From NCBI GenBank assembly GCA_002269645.1, contig NIVC01001722.1, positions 181,922 through 245,921 on the forward strand: a stretch of DNA of 64,000 nt. Reading direction: 5' to 3'. The notes beneath the pieces are model-generated. The model was not told where the DNA came from, ran no database searches, and saw nothing but the letters and a program-made list of their open reading frames with translations. The stretch is from Macrostomum lignano. Taxonomy: Eukaryota. A program made the position numbers and the translations under genes. Positions 13,424-26,500 of the stretch are shown in pieces. Each line of letters starts with the position of its first letter. The stretch's first letter is position 1.

Positions 13424-13835
13424 TCCTGGTGGCAGCTACCAACTTAAAAAATTAGTTTAGCCCTAGTACAACTTTGGTGACAGTGTGAAATTATTATTAG
13501 AGACAGAAGTAACCCCTGCCACAACTTGGTTACAGCGGTAGGATTTTGTATCATACGGGAACACCCCTACCACAACTTGGTGGCATAACGGTGGAATTCT
13601 CATAGAGCCAAAAGGCCTGTTACAACTTGGTGGCAGCGGTGGGATATTATTAAGAAGAAAGAATCACCCCTGTTACAACTTGGTAGCAATAGTGGGATAT
13701 TATTCAGAAAAAAGAATCACCCCTGTTACAACTTTGGTGGCATTTAGTAGGATTCTCAGTGCATAGGAAACACACCTAATACAACTTGGTGGCATAACGG
13801 TGGAATTCTTATAGAGAGCCAAAAGGCCTGTTACA
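13424..13835 (+). repeat. Tandem array (~50-53 bp period) of LTR-3'-end plus primer-binding-site-like units
   Basis: About 8 units of CCTGTTACA-ACT-TGGTGGCAGCGGTGGGAT variants. The unit at 13628-13645 is an exact 18-nt complement of the recalled metazoan tRNA-Leu(AAG/UAG) 3' end including CCA. Confidence 0.7.
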
Positions 13836-15532
13836 TATTTTGATATTGCTTTTAACTTACACTATAAAATGACTAGGCCTAGACGCTAACAAAAATTTGT
13901 TAATTTACAAACTATATTTAATTTAATTTACTTTTATGCTATGATCCCCATAATTTTTTATAAAAGTGATTGTAAAATGAAATAGATTAAGGCTTATATC
14001 TGTATCAGTCTATCACTTGTCTTCTTAGGCCCTAATCATTTTAATACAATCTCCCTATTTAAATATTTGTATAATGGAAGTGAATTTATATAGGCTTTAT
14101 TTATAAAGATATAAGTCAAAACTAATATATGCCTTTATCAATGAACTAACTTGATTTCAAGGAATGTTAGTCACTCTTATTGGGGATTGTATAACAAAAA
14201 CTCCAACTCTCATTTACATTTAGAATATGGTAGGGGATTTTACGATGAAAGAATGCCAAAATATCTAGAATTTTTATTCCATAGATTAACTTAGTTAATT
14301 TATTATTGGTGCAAAAAGTTGGTTTTTTAGCTTGCAGGGGCAAAGAAACTTTTGCTAAAAGTCTGTGTTTTGACTTTAGTGCACAGGTGAGGCACTGCAC
14401 TATAGGCCCATGGTACTAGGTAGAAAAGTTATAAACAATCTTTATTTATGCAAGTCGGAACAATCAATGACTTGCATTCAATTTTATATGTATGATGTAC
14501 ACGTATCTGATAGGGCCTATTCGCCATTCGGTTTTAAAATTCAATAATATTCTATTCAACTTATTTATTGCTCTAAACTTAATTTTATAGGTTTTCTTTC
14601 AGATTAGTCCCGGTCTATATACTAGGTCAAAGATAATTAATTACTGTTTTTAAGAGGAGGCTTTATTCGTCAATATTTAAAAAATCCTATATACTAAAAA
14701 CTTGAAAAACTTTTTCTAAAAATTTTTGGCTTATTCTGAGAAAGCTAGTGGACGCCAAAAAGTTAAATTCAAAAACAAATGCTAAACTTATGCCTACTTC
14801 AAACAAATGTGTCCAAACAAACAATTTTAAAACTGGAATTACTACAAGACGCAAATGGATTTCTTGACGTTATATTCAATTTGCATTGCTTAGGCACCCA
14901 AATTAGTAGCATTAAACTACTCTTTACAATATGCATCACAGCATAGAGCATATACAGCGTACTTGTTCATGTGTAAAGATTTAACAAGCCGTTAACGATC
15001 AACAAGTCCTGTAACAATTAATGAGCGCATTAAGAATTCAAAAGTATTTTAATAATGTGGGATAATATGATATTTCAGTAAAATAGCTGAGACACGGGGA
15101 ACTTACATGACGGCGAAGATATTGTCTTCTAATAACTTGATGTCACTCGACAGGCAGATGTCGCAATCCGGGGAAAGGCTAAATCAATTGGTGGGGTCTC
15201 CAGCAGGCCTGCAGTATTACGCAGAAAATAAACTGTTGAGGTACAGCCCGGGTTGGGCGATCGTAATTGGTTCAGTCATTTCATTCCGAGCATCGAGCAC
15301 CGAGCAGTCTAACCCGGGGGTGTCCGCGAGTACAGTACCCAGCATCTACGATCGAGTACCGAATTAGCATCTGAAAGCCTTCAGATGCGCCGCGCAAATA
15401 GCGGTGGCTGATCGAGCGAGCTGTCGGTTGCACATCTGTCCATTAAGGCAGGTATAATCAATTGTTTTTTATTATAATTTTGTTTTTCTTATTAGTATTC
15501 TTCTTCTTCTTCTTCTTTTCTTCTTCTTCTTC

Positions 15533-15584
<52 letters not shown>

Positions 15585-16559
15585 GAGGCGACGAGCTGAC
15601 GAGTGCGTGCCCATCCGCGCGCCTTATGGGCTCAAGAGTCAGCAGGAAGCTAAAAGCCTCACCACGGTGGTTTCACCCGACGGCAGTAGGCTAGGCTGGG
15701 AAAAAGATCAAAAAATCTCCAGGCTAGCCTGGGAAAAGATCTTCCGTTGATCTTTCTTGTATACGTTGCCTGGAAAAAGATCATCTTTGCCTAAATGAAT
15801 TAAATATATAAGAGCCAATGCAGAAAGAAGCGAAACGCATATTTGCTTGATATTCGCTTAAAATGACAGAAGTTTAAATCGAATTTTTTCTCCTAATTTG
15901 AATTGTATATTTCTACGAAACTCTGTTTCGAAAATGTTTGCCAACCCACGCTGGCATGCTATATAGCAAATTCTATTATATTGCAAATAGAAGTTGGATT
16001 GTACTTTGTGTAGAAGTGAACTATATACTAAGCATACAAAATGTTTCCAAAAAACTTCTTTTAATTTTTTTGCATAGCAAGCTCAGTAAAAAAAAAAAAA
16101 AAACAATTAGAAAGCACTAACATTAACAAGCTAGCTACTGACTCTATAAATTGATGCTATCGTCAATATGAGATATCAATGGCTATATAGTATTTAATTA
16201 GTAGCATGCTAGCAATAGACCATATGTCTGGCACTGTGCCACTGTACAACATTCTAAATCCAGTGCTTTAATGTAAAGAGAGCTATATATAGAGTATTAC
16301 AATTATAAAGCTATACTATTAATAAATTATAATGCCCTGTAGTAGTATAAAGCTATACTACCATACATAATAGCTGGATACAGTATTGGAATAGCATAGC
16401 TGGATAGGCTGTTAATTTATTTGGGCTTTTCGCTTTTATAGCTACAGTTTCTATTATTAAAAAAATGTTTAGGTATGTAGAAACTACAAGCTATTATATA
16501 TAGTTGCGGCCCTATATCTCTAAAAACTATATCATAAGCCTAGCCCCATCCCTAGTCCT

Positions 16560-18440
16560 GACCCTAGCCCTAGATCTACTTAGCCCAGCCTTAACTTTAG
16601 CAGCCATAGCCATAGCATTAGACAAAACTCTAACAATAGTCTTGGCCTTGGCACTAGCTTGGCTATAGCCCTAGCCTAGCCCTACCCTAGCAATAGCCCC
16701 AGCTTAGCCCTAGCTTGAGCTCAAGCCCTAGCCTAGCCCCAGCTCAAGCTCTAGCCACACCACAGCCCCAACAGCCAGTTAGTATGGTAGCTCAAGCACC
16801 AGCCCAGCCTAGCCCTAGCCCTAGCCTACTCTATCCTAGCCCTAGCCCTATCCCACTCTATCCCAGCCCCTACTCTAGCCCTAACCCTAGCCGCAGCCCT
16901 AGCTCCTCCCCTAGCCCTGGTCTTAGCCCTAGTGCTTGCTATCCCTGCCCCAGCTCTGGCCCTATCACTATCCTAGCTACAGCCCCTAGGCCTAGCCCCA
17001 ACCCTATGCCCTAGCCCTAGCCCCAGCCCTAGCCCCTGCCCTAGCCCTAGCCCTAGCCCCAGCGCCAGCCCTACCCACCCCTAGCCCCGGCCCTTGCCCC
17101 TGCCCTAGCCCTATCCCCTGCCCTTGCCCCTGCCCTAGCCCTAGCCCTAGCCCCTGCCCTAGCCCTAGCCCTAGCCCCAGCCCTAGCCCTAGCCCTACCC
17201 CACCCCAGCGCCAGCCCTACCCCATCTCAGCGCCAGCCCAGGCAAACTCTCCTAGTCAAACCCATCAAGGCAGCCTTCCCAGGCTACCCCTCCCAGGCAG
17301 CCCTCCCAGACAGCCCCTCTAGGCTACCCCTCCTACTCTACCCCTCCCAGGCAGCATTCCCAGGCTGTCCTTCCGATTCAACCTCTCCTAGGCTGCTACC
17401 CTTGCCAGACAGCCCTACTAGGCTACACCCTCCTATTTAACCCCTCAGGCTTCCTCCTTTTCTACCCCTCCCAGGCTACCCTTCCCAGGCTACCCTTCCC
17501 AGGCTACCCTTCCCAGGCTACCCTTCCCAGGCTACCCTTCCCAGGCTACCCTTCCCAGGCTACCCTTCCCAGGCTACCCTTCCCAGGCTACCCTTCCCAG
17601 GCTACCCTTCCCAGGCTACCCTTCCCAGGCTACCCTTCCCAGGCTACCCTTCCCAGGCTACCCTTCCCAGGCTACCCTTCCCAGGCTACCCTTCCCAGGC
17701 TACCCTTCCCAGGCTACCCTTCCTAGGCTACCCTTCCCAGGCCACCCTTCCCAGGCTACCCATCCCAGGCTACCCTTCCCAGGCTACCCTTCCCAGGCTA
17801 CCCTTCCCAGGCTACCCTTCCCAGGCTACCCTTCCCAGGCTACCCTTCCTAGGCTACCCTTCCCAGGCTACCCTTCCTAGGCTACCCCTCCCAGGCTACC
17901 CATCCCAGGCTACCTTTCCTACTCTACCCTTCCCAGGCTACCCATCCCAGGCTACCCTTCCCAGGTTCTCTCTCAGGCAATCCTTCCTGGCTACCCTTCC
18001 CAGGCTACCCTTCCCAGGCTACCCTTCCCAGGCTACCCTTCCCAGGCTACCCTTCCCAGGCTACCCTTCCCAGGCTACCCTTGCCAGGCTACCCTTCCCA
18101 GGCTACCCTTCCCAGGCCCTCTCTCAGGCAATCCTTCCTGGCTACCCTTCCCAGGCTACCCTTCCCAGGCTACCCCTCCCAGGCTACCTTTCCTACTCTA
18201 CCCCTCCCAGGCTACCTTTCCTACTCTACCCCTCCCAGGCTACCCTTCCCAGGCAGCCCTCCCAGGCTACCTTTCCTACTCTACCCCTCCCAGGCTACCT
18301 TTCCTACTCTACCCCTCCCAGGCTACCCTTCCCAGGCAGCCCTCCCAGGATACCTTTCCTACTCTACCCCTCCCAGGCAGCCCTTCCAGTCTACCCCTCC
18401 CAGGCAGCCCTTCCAGGCTACTCCTTCCAGTCTACCCCTC
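16560..18440. repeat. (TAGCCC)n-like and 14-bp (AGGCTACCCTTCCC)n arrays in the left foldback arm, mirrored at ~24680-26880
   Basis: Directly visible; the opposite strand reads (GGGAAGGGTAGCCT)n. Confidence 0.9.
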
Positions 18441-18757
18441 CTAGGCAGCCCTTCCAGGCTACCCCTTTCATGGCAACCACTTCCAGGCTATCTCCTACTT
18501 TGCCCCTGCGTACTGTCTCCATTATGTTCGAAATTGAGAAGATTGTTTCGCTTCGGTATTATTTAAAAATATAATGCATCATTATTTACTTCAGACGCTT
18601 CACTCTCATCATTTCAGGTGCGTACATGCGAGCCAGCTAATGCTGACGCCGAACTTTGTATTCGGCTTTCCAACGAGGAAAAGTGCGTTTATGAAAGCCA
18701 ATAGGGATTTGGGATGCCAGAAAAGATATTCTATTTTGCTAGGATCCGATAAATGCT

Positions 18758-19117
18758 GCCGCTTCGGCTGCAGTGACCACCGGCTCAAGCGGAGGACGAT
18801 CGCAGGACTGCTTGCTGCCTGCCGCTTCGGCTGCAGTGACCGCCGGCTCAAGCGGAGGACGATCGCAGGACTGCTTGCTGCCTGCCGCTTCGGCTGCAGT
18901 GACCGCCGGCTCAAGCGGAGGACGATCGCAGGACTGCTTGCTGCCTGCCGCTTCGGCTGCAGTGACCGCCGGCTCAAGCGGAGGACGATCGCAGGACTGC
19001 TTGCTGCCTGCCGCTTCGGCTGCAGTGACCGCCGGCTCAAGCGGAGGACGATCGCAGGACTGTTTGCTGCCTGCCGCTTCGGCTGCAGTGACCACTGGCT
19101 CAAGCGGAGGACGATCG
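18758..19117. repeat. 63-bp tandem repeat (~6 copies) in the left arm only
   Basis: GCCGCTTCGGCTGCAGTGACCGCCGGCTCAAGCGGAGGACGATCGCAGGACTGCTTGCTGCCT repeated; the right arm has one partial unit. Confidence 0.9.
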
Positions 19118-21859
19118 CTGCTCCGCGTGCTATCATCTACGAGTGCTGCGAGTGCTAAGGGCGAACGAAGGACTAATGAAGGAGCATATTATCCGATTTC
19201 CTTCAGAGGAGATCTTTGCCATTTATTTATCTTCGCGTCGAATTAGCAGTGAGTAAAAAATATGAGTATTATATGCTGCCGCTTATGCACTCTACAATAT
19301 CATCAGCAGAATACGTAAAATGAGGTCGTTTGAAACAAAAGAGTACGTAGATTTTCTGCATGTATTTAGCTTCTTCCTAGGAAAATCAGTGAATTGTTTT
19401 GGTCGCGTACATAACCTATTCAGCTTCTCCGCTCATAGTCACTCCAGCATCAAGTGCTAACAATGCAGATTAGCTATGAACTGTATTGGAATGCTTTGCA
19501 TCATGCATTTTCATTTTAAATAAAAGGACTTTTTCTCTTGTTCATTGGCAGGTGTCGAGATGAGACAAAGCAATGTACATTACGCTGCTGCCGATGCACA
19601 GGACGCAAGAGTGCACGCAGGATCCTCGTGAGGTGAAAGAAGACGACAGTGACGACTACGGCATGGATGACTATTCAGCCACATTGGACAGAAATTAGCT
19701 GTTAGCCGACGTAGCCGTATAAATATGTTTGGTCACACTTGTCTGTGCCCGTGGCGTATGCAACATTTAATCCATGACCTCTTTGCAATATTGCACTACC
19801 ATCAAACGCTGACGCTCTCTCTGTCGCTCTGTAATGCTGTGATCAGTTTTTTGTCCCCCCCTGTCGAGCTTTGCTAACCAAACTGAGAGAACTATGCAGC
19901 GCATTTTTTTGGCAAGCGTTGGCTATTTATATTTTTTCATTTTCTTTTGTCAATGTACAGTTTTACGAGTATATACTTAACTGTATATTATAAAAATGTG
20001 ACTTTGAAATAAAACAGACTGCACTGCTTTTACCTATGCTTTTTACGACAATTCACTCTGTCCTGTCCTGAAACATTCCTGTTTTATCGAATTCTCTTTT
20101 GATGACACAAATATGGTCATACGACGGTCACAAAGAATAGTGGGAGGTAGAGCCATAGGCGAGAGGTGTAAAGTATGTGATTTTACGACAAATATATGGG
20201 AAGGAGTCTCAATAGTTTATCTGCCCCTCTTGGCCTCCCCTTCTCCTTCTCGCCCTCTGTCTCTGCAGCACCTGTTGGTTAAAAATGAGAGGAAAGCTCG
20301 GCGAGAAAAGCCTCTGTGTAAAAGTCTCGTGCTCCCATAGCCTGACATCCTGTCACTTTCTAAATAGCCATATGACTTTCCTGGTACATGGACATTTACA
20401 TTTGTAAGTTGTTTCGATCCGATTGAGACAAATGATATATAATTAGTATAGGTGGATATTAGTAGAAAAAAATTCAGTCAGTCTTATCGTGTACGAGCAA
20501 TGGCGGATCTAGAATTTCTTTTTGGGAGGGGCGGTCCAAGTTTGGGAGGCCAACATGAGTATGAGGGGCACCAATTATGACGGGGCGCAAAAATGCTGGT
20601 ACTGCTGAAGATAAATTGACCGGGAAACACGGATTGCATGTTATTAATTTCTTAAATACGTATTTGAATTGAGAAGCACAATATCGGGGAGAAGTTTTGC
20701 CTTCTCACTGCTTGGCAAGTGCACATGCACTATCTACATGTACATGTAGTTATTGCGCAGATTTGAGAGTTGTTTACAGTGGTAGAGGGTTACTTGACTT
20801 GGCTGCAGGGTTCCGGGCATCCGGATGCAGCGAGGAGGCGTTGCCTCTTTAACTTCACGACTACAACTTCAAGCTTCGCCACCAGATCACTCGCCATCCG
20901 CATGTTGTCAGCATGATGTCACCGATGAATTGAAGAGAATGTCAGTTTTGACGAGCTAACATATAAGTTTTATCCGTTGCTCGAATTTCTACCGAGGAAA
21001 AAGCCTCTATTTACTACGAGTACATTAGTGGTTGTGTTCACACAAATAAAATTTGTCCGATCGTACGTCAAACCATTGAAACAAACTTGCCTGGTCATAC
21101 TTCCACTTCCACTGAGAATTCACTACTATAGAGAGTTCTTTGCAGCTGCTTCTGTCATGCCCATTCTCTTGATTCTGGGCAGCGTTACGCTAACAGTTCT
21201 CTGCTTGCGTTTGAGAAGATCCTTGAAAAAAATTCTACGCTCAACTGCATGGACCCATGCAGATCTGCTGCGTCGAGTGTCTCGAAGGCTGGCCAACTTC
21301 ATCTACATGTATAAAGGCATGGTGAGATTCCGAGACATCCAGGCAATCAACCCCCGTTTGCTCTCACCGACTTCGCAAACTGAAGCCTTAGCAGCTTAGC
21401 TGAATGTTTCTTTCAAACACCTGGGCGATGCTATAACTTTATAGCCATCTATGTTTGCCTTTTACAGTTATATACGGAGTTTTCCGATGTTAGCATATCG
21501 TACTTTTCAATTGTATTGTACTTTTTGTACTGACTATGTACTGTATTTGTACTGTACTGTTTTGTACTGTATTTATTATTTGTATATAATTCTCACCGCC
21601 AGTAAGCTGTGGTAGATTTAGACTGCCATTATCTGCCCCTAAATCAGTTATGCCAGCCTCGTGTGAGCTAGCGGCCTGAGTGTCGATGTATGAGTTGCAT
21701 TGTATTACGTTGGCTTAATACTTTAGATGGCGCGTTAGATGCACGCTCAGTTAATTTGTCTTAACCTTAGACAAAAATGCGTGAAAGGCACGCAAGTTGA
21801 TTGAGTGTTGCGAAGAAGGGAATAAGAAGCTGTTAAATTAAAATCACTTGTGAGAGAAT

Positions 21860-22111
21860 ATGGCTGAGCCACCAACTAAAGTCAGACTTCTGAATCTGAG
21901 CAAATTTCCAAACGAAATGATTTCCGGCTTGTCCACCAATGAGATTGACGACATTCTGAACGAGCCTGATAATCTACCGGAGTCGGCAATTGATCGAAAA
22001 GAGGAGGATCTTCTGGAGGCACTTTTCAAGAAGATACCTGACGAAGAAGCTGAACTACTTGAATTGGAACAGCTCGTTTCCGAAATCGAGGACACCGCTG
22101 CTAGTAAAAGT
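21860..22111 (+). CDS. Possible first exon of an unidentified acidic protein in the foldback spacer
   Basis: ATG-initiated ORF MAEPPTKVRLL...EIEDTAASKS with a protein-like helical/acidic composition, ending at a GTAAGA donor; no downstream exon identified. Confidence 0.3.
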
Positions 22112-22679
22112 GTAAGAGTGTGGTTTATAACTTCTACAACACTGTCAACAACTGCACGTTCAATTCTTAGAGTGAGTAATAACAATTAGTAATAATTTTC
22201 CCACACTGAACTTCCAAATGCAGAACGCCTTCATCCTCATTCGCTTTCCCTGTCAATGATAGGTAATCGTCTACGCAGTCTACCTTGTTTACACAGTTCC
22301 CTGTTATTCGTTCGTTGTACTTGTAGCAGAAGTATACTTATTAAAATATACTCACTTTCCGTGCATTACACGCACGCGTTAGACGCACGCTTGTTGCCTT
22401 TACTCAGATAGAAAATTGCCATAGACACCTACATTAGACGCACAGTAAATCGTGCATCTAACGCGCGCCAGCGTGTTACAATGGCTCGGAAATAAGTGCA
22501 TTTTGGCATAAATCCAGTAGTGGAATAAAGGAAACTCCAGCATTGGAGCCTTGCAGACTCCAATACTAGATTGATGGTCGATTTTAGCGTGCAGTTTGGT
22601 GCGAAACTGCTCAGCGGCTTGCGTAGTTTTGATTAGTTGCAAGTTTCAGGACAGCCGGTTTACTTGCAGAATCTTTACC

Positions 22680-23146
22680 GGCAGCAGGTTGATCAGGTGT
22701 AAAATTAGTTTCGCCAAAACCGCAAAACTCCAGTACTGGCTGATACGAGTATAAATCCAGCATTGGAGCATAAGAAAACTCCAGCATTGGAACGAGTACT
22801 GGAACTGATATAACTGCAGCATTGGAGCCTTGCAGACTCCAACCACTAGATTGATAGTCGATTTTAGCGTGCAGTTTAGTGCGACAATGCGACAATTTTA
22901 TGCTCCAATGCTGGAGTTATATATCGTCCAGTACGGAGTTTCGGCACCGGAAAAGTGCAAAAACCTCTACTGGACGACCTTCTGGCAGTCTGAGACCGGC
23001 GCCAATCGACTCAGGGGGGGGGGGCGAAATCTATCAGAAAATGTTGGTCGCATAGGCGCGAAAGCCACTCGGAAAATGTCAAAAATTTGTATCCCCCCCC
23101 CGGCCTAGGTGCACTTGTAAAATTTACACCTGATCAACCTGCTGCC
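22680..23146. mobile_element. MITE-like element with ~27-bp TIR
   Basis: GGCAGCAGGTTGATCAGGTGTAAAATT versus AATTTACACCTGATCAACCTGCTGCC; no TSD seen. Confidence 0.45.
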
Positions 23147-23159
23147 TGCAGGCATGCAT

Positions 23160-23560
23160 GGCTGCTTCTCTCGCCACCGCTTCCTTCAGGGCCAGGTACT
23201 TAAGGAGCGGTGCGCGGTGTCCCAAGCTCTTCTGCCGCTCAGCAGGCAGTAAAAACGCAGAATAATTTTACATGTATCTGCCACTACCTGGTCTTCACCA
23301 CTCACTCACCCCGGGCCAAACCCTCCGACGCTTGCAGGCCAGAGAGCATGTGCTCACCCGGTACCTCAGCTGAGTTTTCCCCACCGCCGGTGAGGAGAAC
23401 CGTGCTGCAAGCGAGACTGACAGCCCCCTGAGCGACATCATTTCGATGGAAGTCATTCATGGTCGCCACGCCAGAGGCTAGCGGAATGGGCGGTCTCCTC
23501 CGCCTTCTGATCGCTGCATCCGCCGGATGATGCCCTCTGCAGCTAAGTCAAACATACTCG
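23160..23560 (-). repeat. Dispersed GC-rich repeat family (copies at 23160-23560, 37560-37975 and a partial copy at ~20790-20845)
   Basis: Shared blocks TTGGCTGCAG..GGGCATC, GGCGGATGCAGCG, CATTCCGCTAGCC, ATGTCGCTC, GGTACCGGG and GGCCTGCAA. Confidence 0.6.
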
Positions 23561-26500
23561 TGTGCATACTGGCACTAATCCATGATTGAACATACATGTA
23601 GGTAAAATACTTGCGTCAGTGTCAATACGCTCTTGTTCCAAAATGCTTGAGCTCTTGTGCTAATCTCCATTCTAGCCGTGCTTGCTTTTGCTAGTGCAAG
23701 TGCTAGTGCTAGTGTTCATGCAACCCAATTTTAGTGCTATTTTTAAACCTAGCTTACTCGAGGTAGCAAATAAGCCAGACTATGTGGATAGTTTGCCATT
23801 AGCTAAGGATAGTTTAACATTTTGAGCAGAATGAGAGACTTTTCAGGCCACCGCGATCCAAAATTCAAACTCTGCGACTTGCGGTCTGGTCAATCCTTTT
23901 GCGGGAGCGAAATTTCTGAAATAAAGTGAAAAATACTTGGACGATTGCGAACACTTCCAAATCTGCGCGAAAATGCGTGGCGCAACAGCCAAATTACCGG
24001 GGTGACATCGATCGAGCAAAAAGCTTTTTTATTTGTTATTCGGACAAAAAAATTACAGCTCTCAATAAACGCAAAGGTAATGTGCCGCTTGGATAGAATA
24101 AATTTTTGCAGCTACGCAAAAACAACTGAAGTAATGCGCGCAACATAGAGCTGCCCGCAGAAACTTCAGCTACACAGCAACTACAAACCGCTGGTACAGG
24201 ACTGCGCATCGCCAGGGTGTGAGTCACACGAACGCGCATCACTTCAGACAATCGTTCAGGTCATCACTAGTTTATTAACTAACCCTCACTTTGCCACTGT
24301 TCGTTAAGGTCGTCGCGGAACCGGATGACAGCACGCGGAGCAGCGATCGTCCTCCGCTTGAGCCGGCGGTCACTGCAGCCGAAGCGGCAGCATTTATCGG
24401 ATCCTAGCAAAATAGAATATCTTTTCTGGCATCCCAAATCCCTATTGGCTTTCATAAACGCACAGTTCCCCGTTGGAAAGCCGAATACAAAGTTCGGCGT
24501 CAGCATTAGCTGGCTCGCATGTACGCACCATAAATGATGAGAGTGAAGCGTCTGAAGTAAAAAATGATGCATTATATTTTTAAATAATACCGAAGCGAAA
24601 CAATCTTCTCAATTTCGAACATAATGGAGACAGTACGCAGGGGCAAAGTAGGAGATAGCCTGAAAGTGGTTGCCATGAAAGGGGTAGCCTGGAAGGGCTG
24701 CCTAGGAGGGGTAGACTGGAAGGAGTAGCCTGGAAGGGCTGCCTGGGAGGGGTAGACTGGAAGGGCTGCCTGGGAGGGGTAGAGTAGGAAAGGTATCCTG
24801 GGAGGGCTGCCTGGGAAGGGTAGCCTAGGAGGGGTAGAGTAGGAAAGGTAGCCTGGGAGGGGTAGAGTAGGAAAGGTAGCCTGGGAGGGGTAGCCTGGGA
24901 TGGGTAGCCTGGGAAGGGTAGCCAGGAAGGATTGCCTGAGAGAGGGCCTGGGAAGGGTAGCCTGGGAGGGGTAGAGTAGGAAAGGTAGCCTGGGAGGGGT
25001 AGCCTGGGATGGGTAGCCTGGGAAGGGTAGCCAGGAAGGATTGCCTGAGAGAGGGCCTGGGAAGGGTAGCCTGGGAGGGGTACCTTGGGAAGGGTAGCCT
25101 GGGAAGGGTAGCCTGGGAAGGGTAGCCTGGGAAGGGTAGCCTGGGAAGGGTAGCCTGGGAAGGGTAGCCTGGGAAGGGTAGCCTGGGAAGGGTAGCCTGG
25201 GAGGGGTAGCCTAGGAAGGGTAGCCTGGGAAGGGTAGCCTGGGAGGGGTAGCCTAGGAAGGGTAGCCTGGGAAGGGTAGCCTAGGAAAGGTAGCCTGGGA
25301 AGGGTAGCCTGGGAAGGGTAGCCTGGGAAGGGTAGCCTGGGAAGGGTAGCCTGGGAAGGGTAGCCTGGGAAGGGTAGCCTGGGATGGGTAGCCTGGGAAG
25401 GGTAGCCTAGGAAGGGTAGCCTGGGAAGGGTAGCCTGGGAAGGGTAGCCTGGGAAGGGTAGCCTGGGAAGGGTAGCCTGGGAAGGGTAGCCTGGGAAGGG
25501 TAGCCTGGGAAGGGTAGCCTGGGAAGGGTAGCCTGGGAAGGGTAGCCTGGGAAGGGTAGCCTGGGAAGGGTAGCCTGGGAAGGGTAGCCTGGGAGGGGTA
25601 GAAAAGGAGGAAGCCTGAGGGGTTAAATAGGAGGGTGTAGCCTAGTAGGGCTGTCTGGCAAGGGTAGCAGCCTAGGAGAGGTTGAATCGGAAGGATAGCC
25701 TGGGAATGCTGCCTGGGAGGGGTAGAGTAGGAGGGGTAGCCTAGAGGGGCTGTCTGGGAGGGCTGCCTGGGAGGGGTAGCCTGGGAAGGCTGCCTTGATG
25801 GGTTTGACTAGGAGAGTTTGCCTGGGAAAGCTGCCTAGGAAAGATAGCCTAGGAAAGAAGGACTGCCTGGGAGGAATTAATGATTAAAGCAGCAAGTAAA
25901 AAGCATTCATAAAAATACAAACAGTACATGTGGAGTGCACGGGGTGCAGGGAGTGTAGGGGTGCAGGTGTGCAGGAGTCAAAGAAGTAGAATTCTGCTGG
26001 GGTTGGGGCTAGGATAGTGAAAGGGCCAGTGCTGGGGGGGGGGTCTAGGGCCAAGGCAAGGGCAGGAGCTAGGGTTGGGGCTAGGGCAGGGGCTAGAGCA
26101 GGGGCTGGGATGGGGTAGGGCTGGCGCTGAGATGGGGAAGGGCTGGCGGCTGGCGCTGGGGTGGGGTAGGGCTGGGGCTGGGGTGGGGTAGGGCTGGGGC
26201 TAGAGCAGGGGCTGGGATGGGGTAGGGCTGGCGCTGAGATGGGGTAGGGCTGGCGCTGGGGTGGGGTAGGGCTAGGGCTGGGGCTAGGGCTAGGGCCAGG
26301 GCAGGGGCTAGGGCTAGGGCTAGGGCAGGGGCAAGGGCCGGGGCTAGGGGTGGGTAGGGCTGGCGCTGGGCTAGGGCTAGGGCTAGGGCAGGGGCTAGGG
26401 CTGGGGCTAGGGCTAGGGCATAGGGTTGGGGCTAGGCCTAGGGGCTGTAGCTAGGATAGTGATAGGGCCAGAGCTGGGGCAGGGATAGCAAGCACTAGGG

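Noticed and set aside
13424-13835. CRISPR-like repeat-spacer appearance
   Set aside because: The context is eukaryotic, there are no cas genes, the variable parts are related to each other, and the conserved part is better explained as an LTR end plus PBS.
20977-21399. 140-aa ORF or transposase fragment in the foldback spacer
   Set aside because: No catalytic DDE or zinc-finger motif could be confirmed on either strand.
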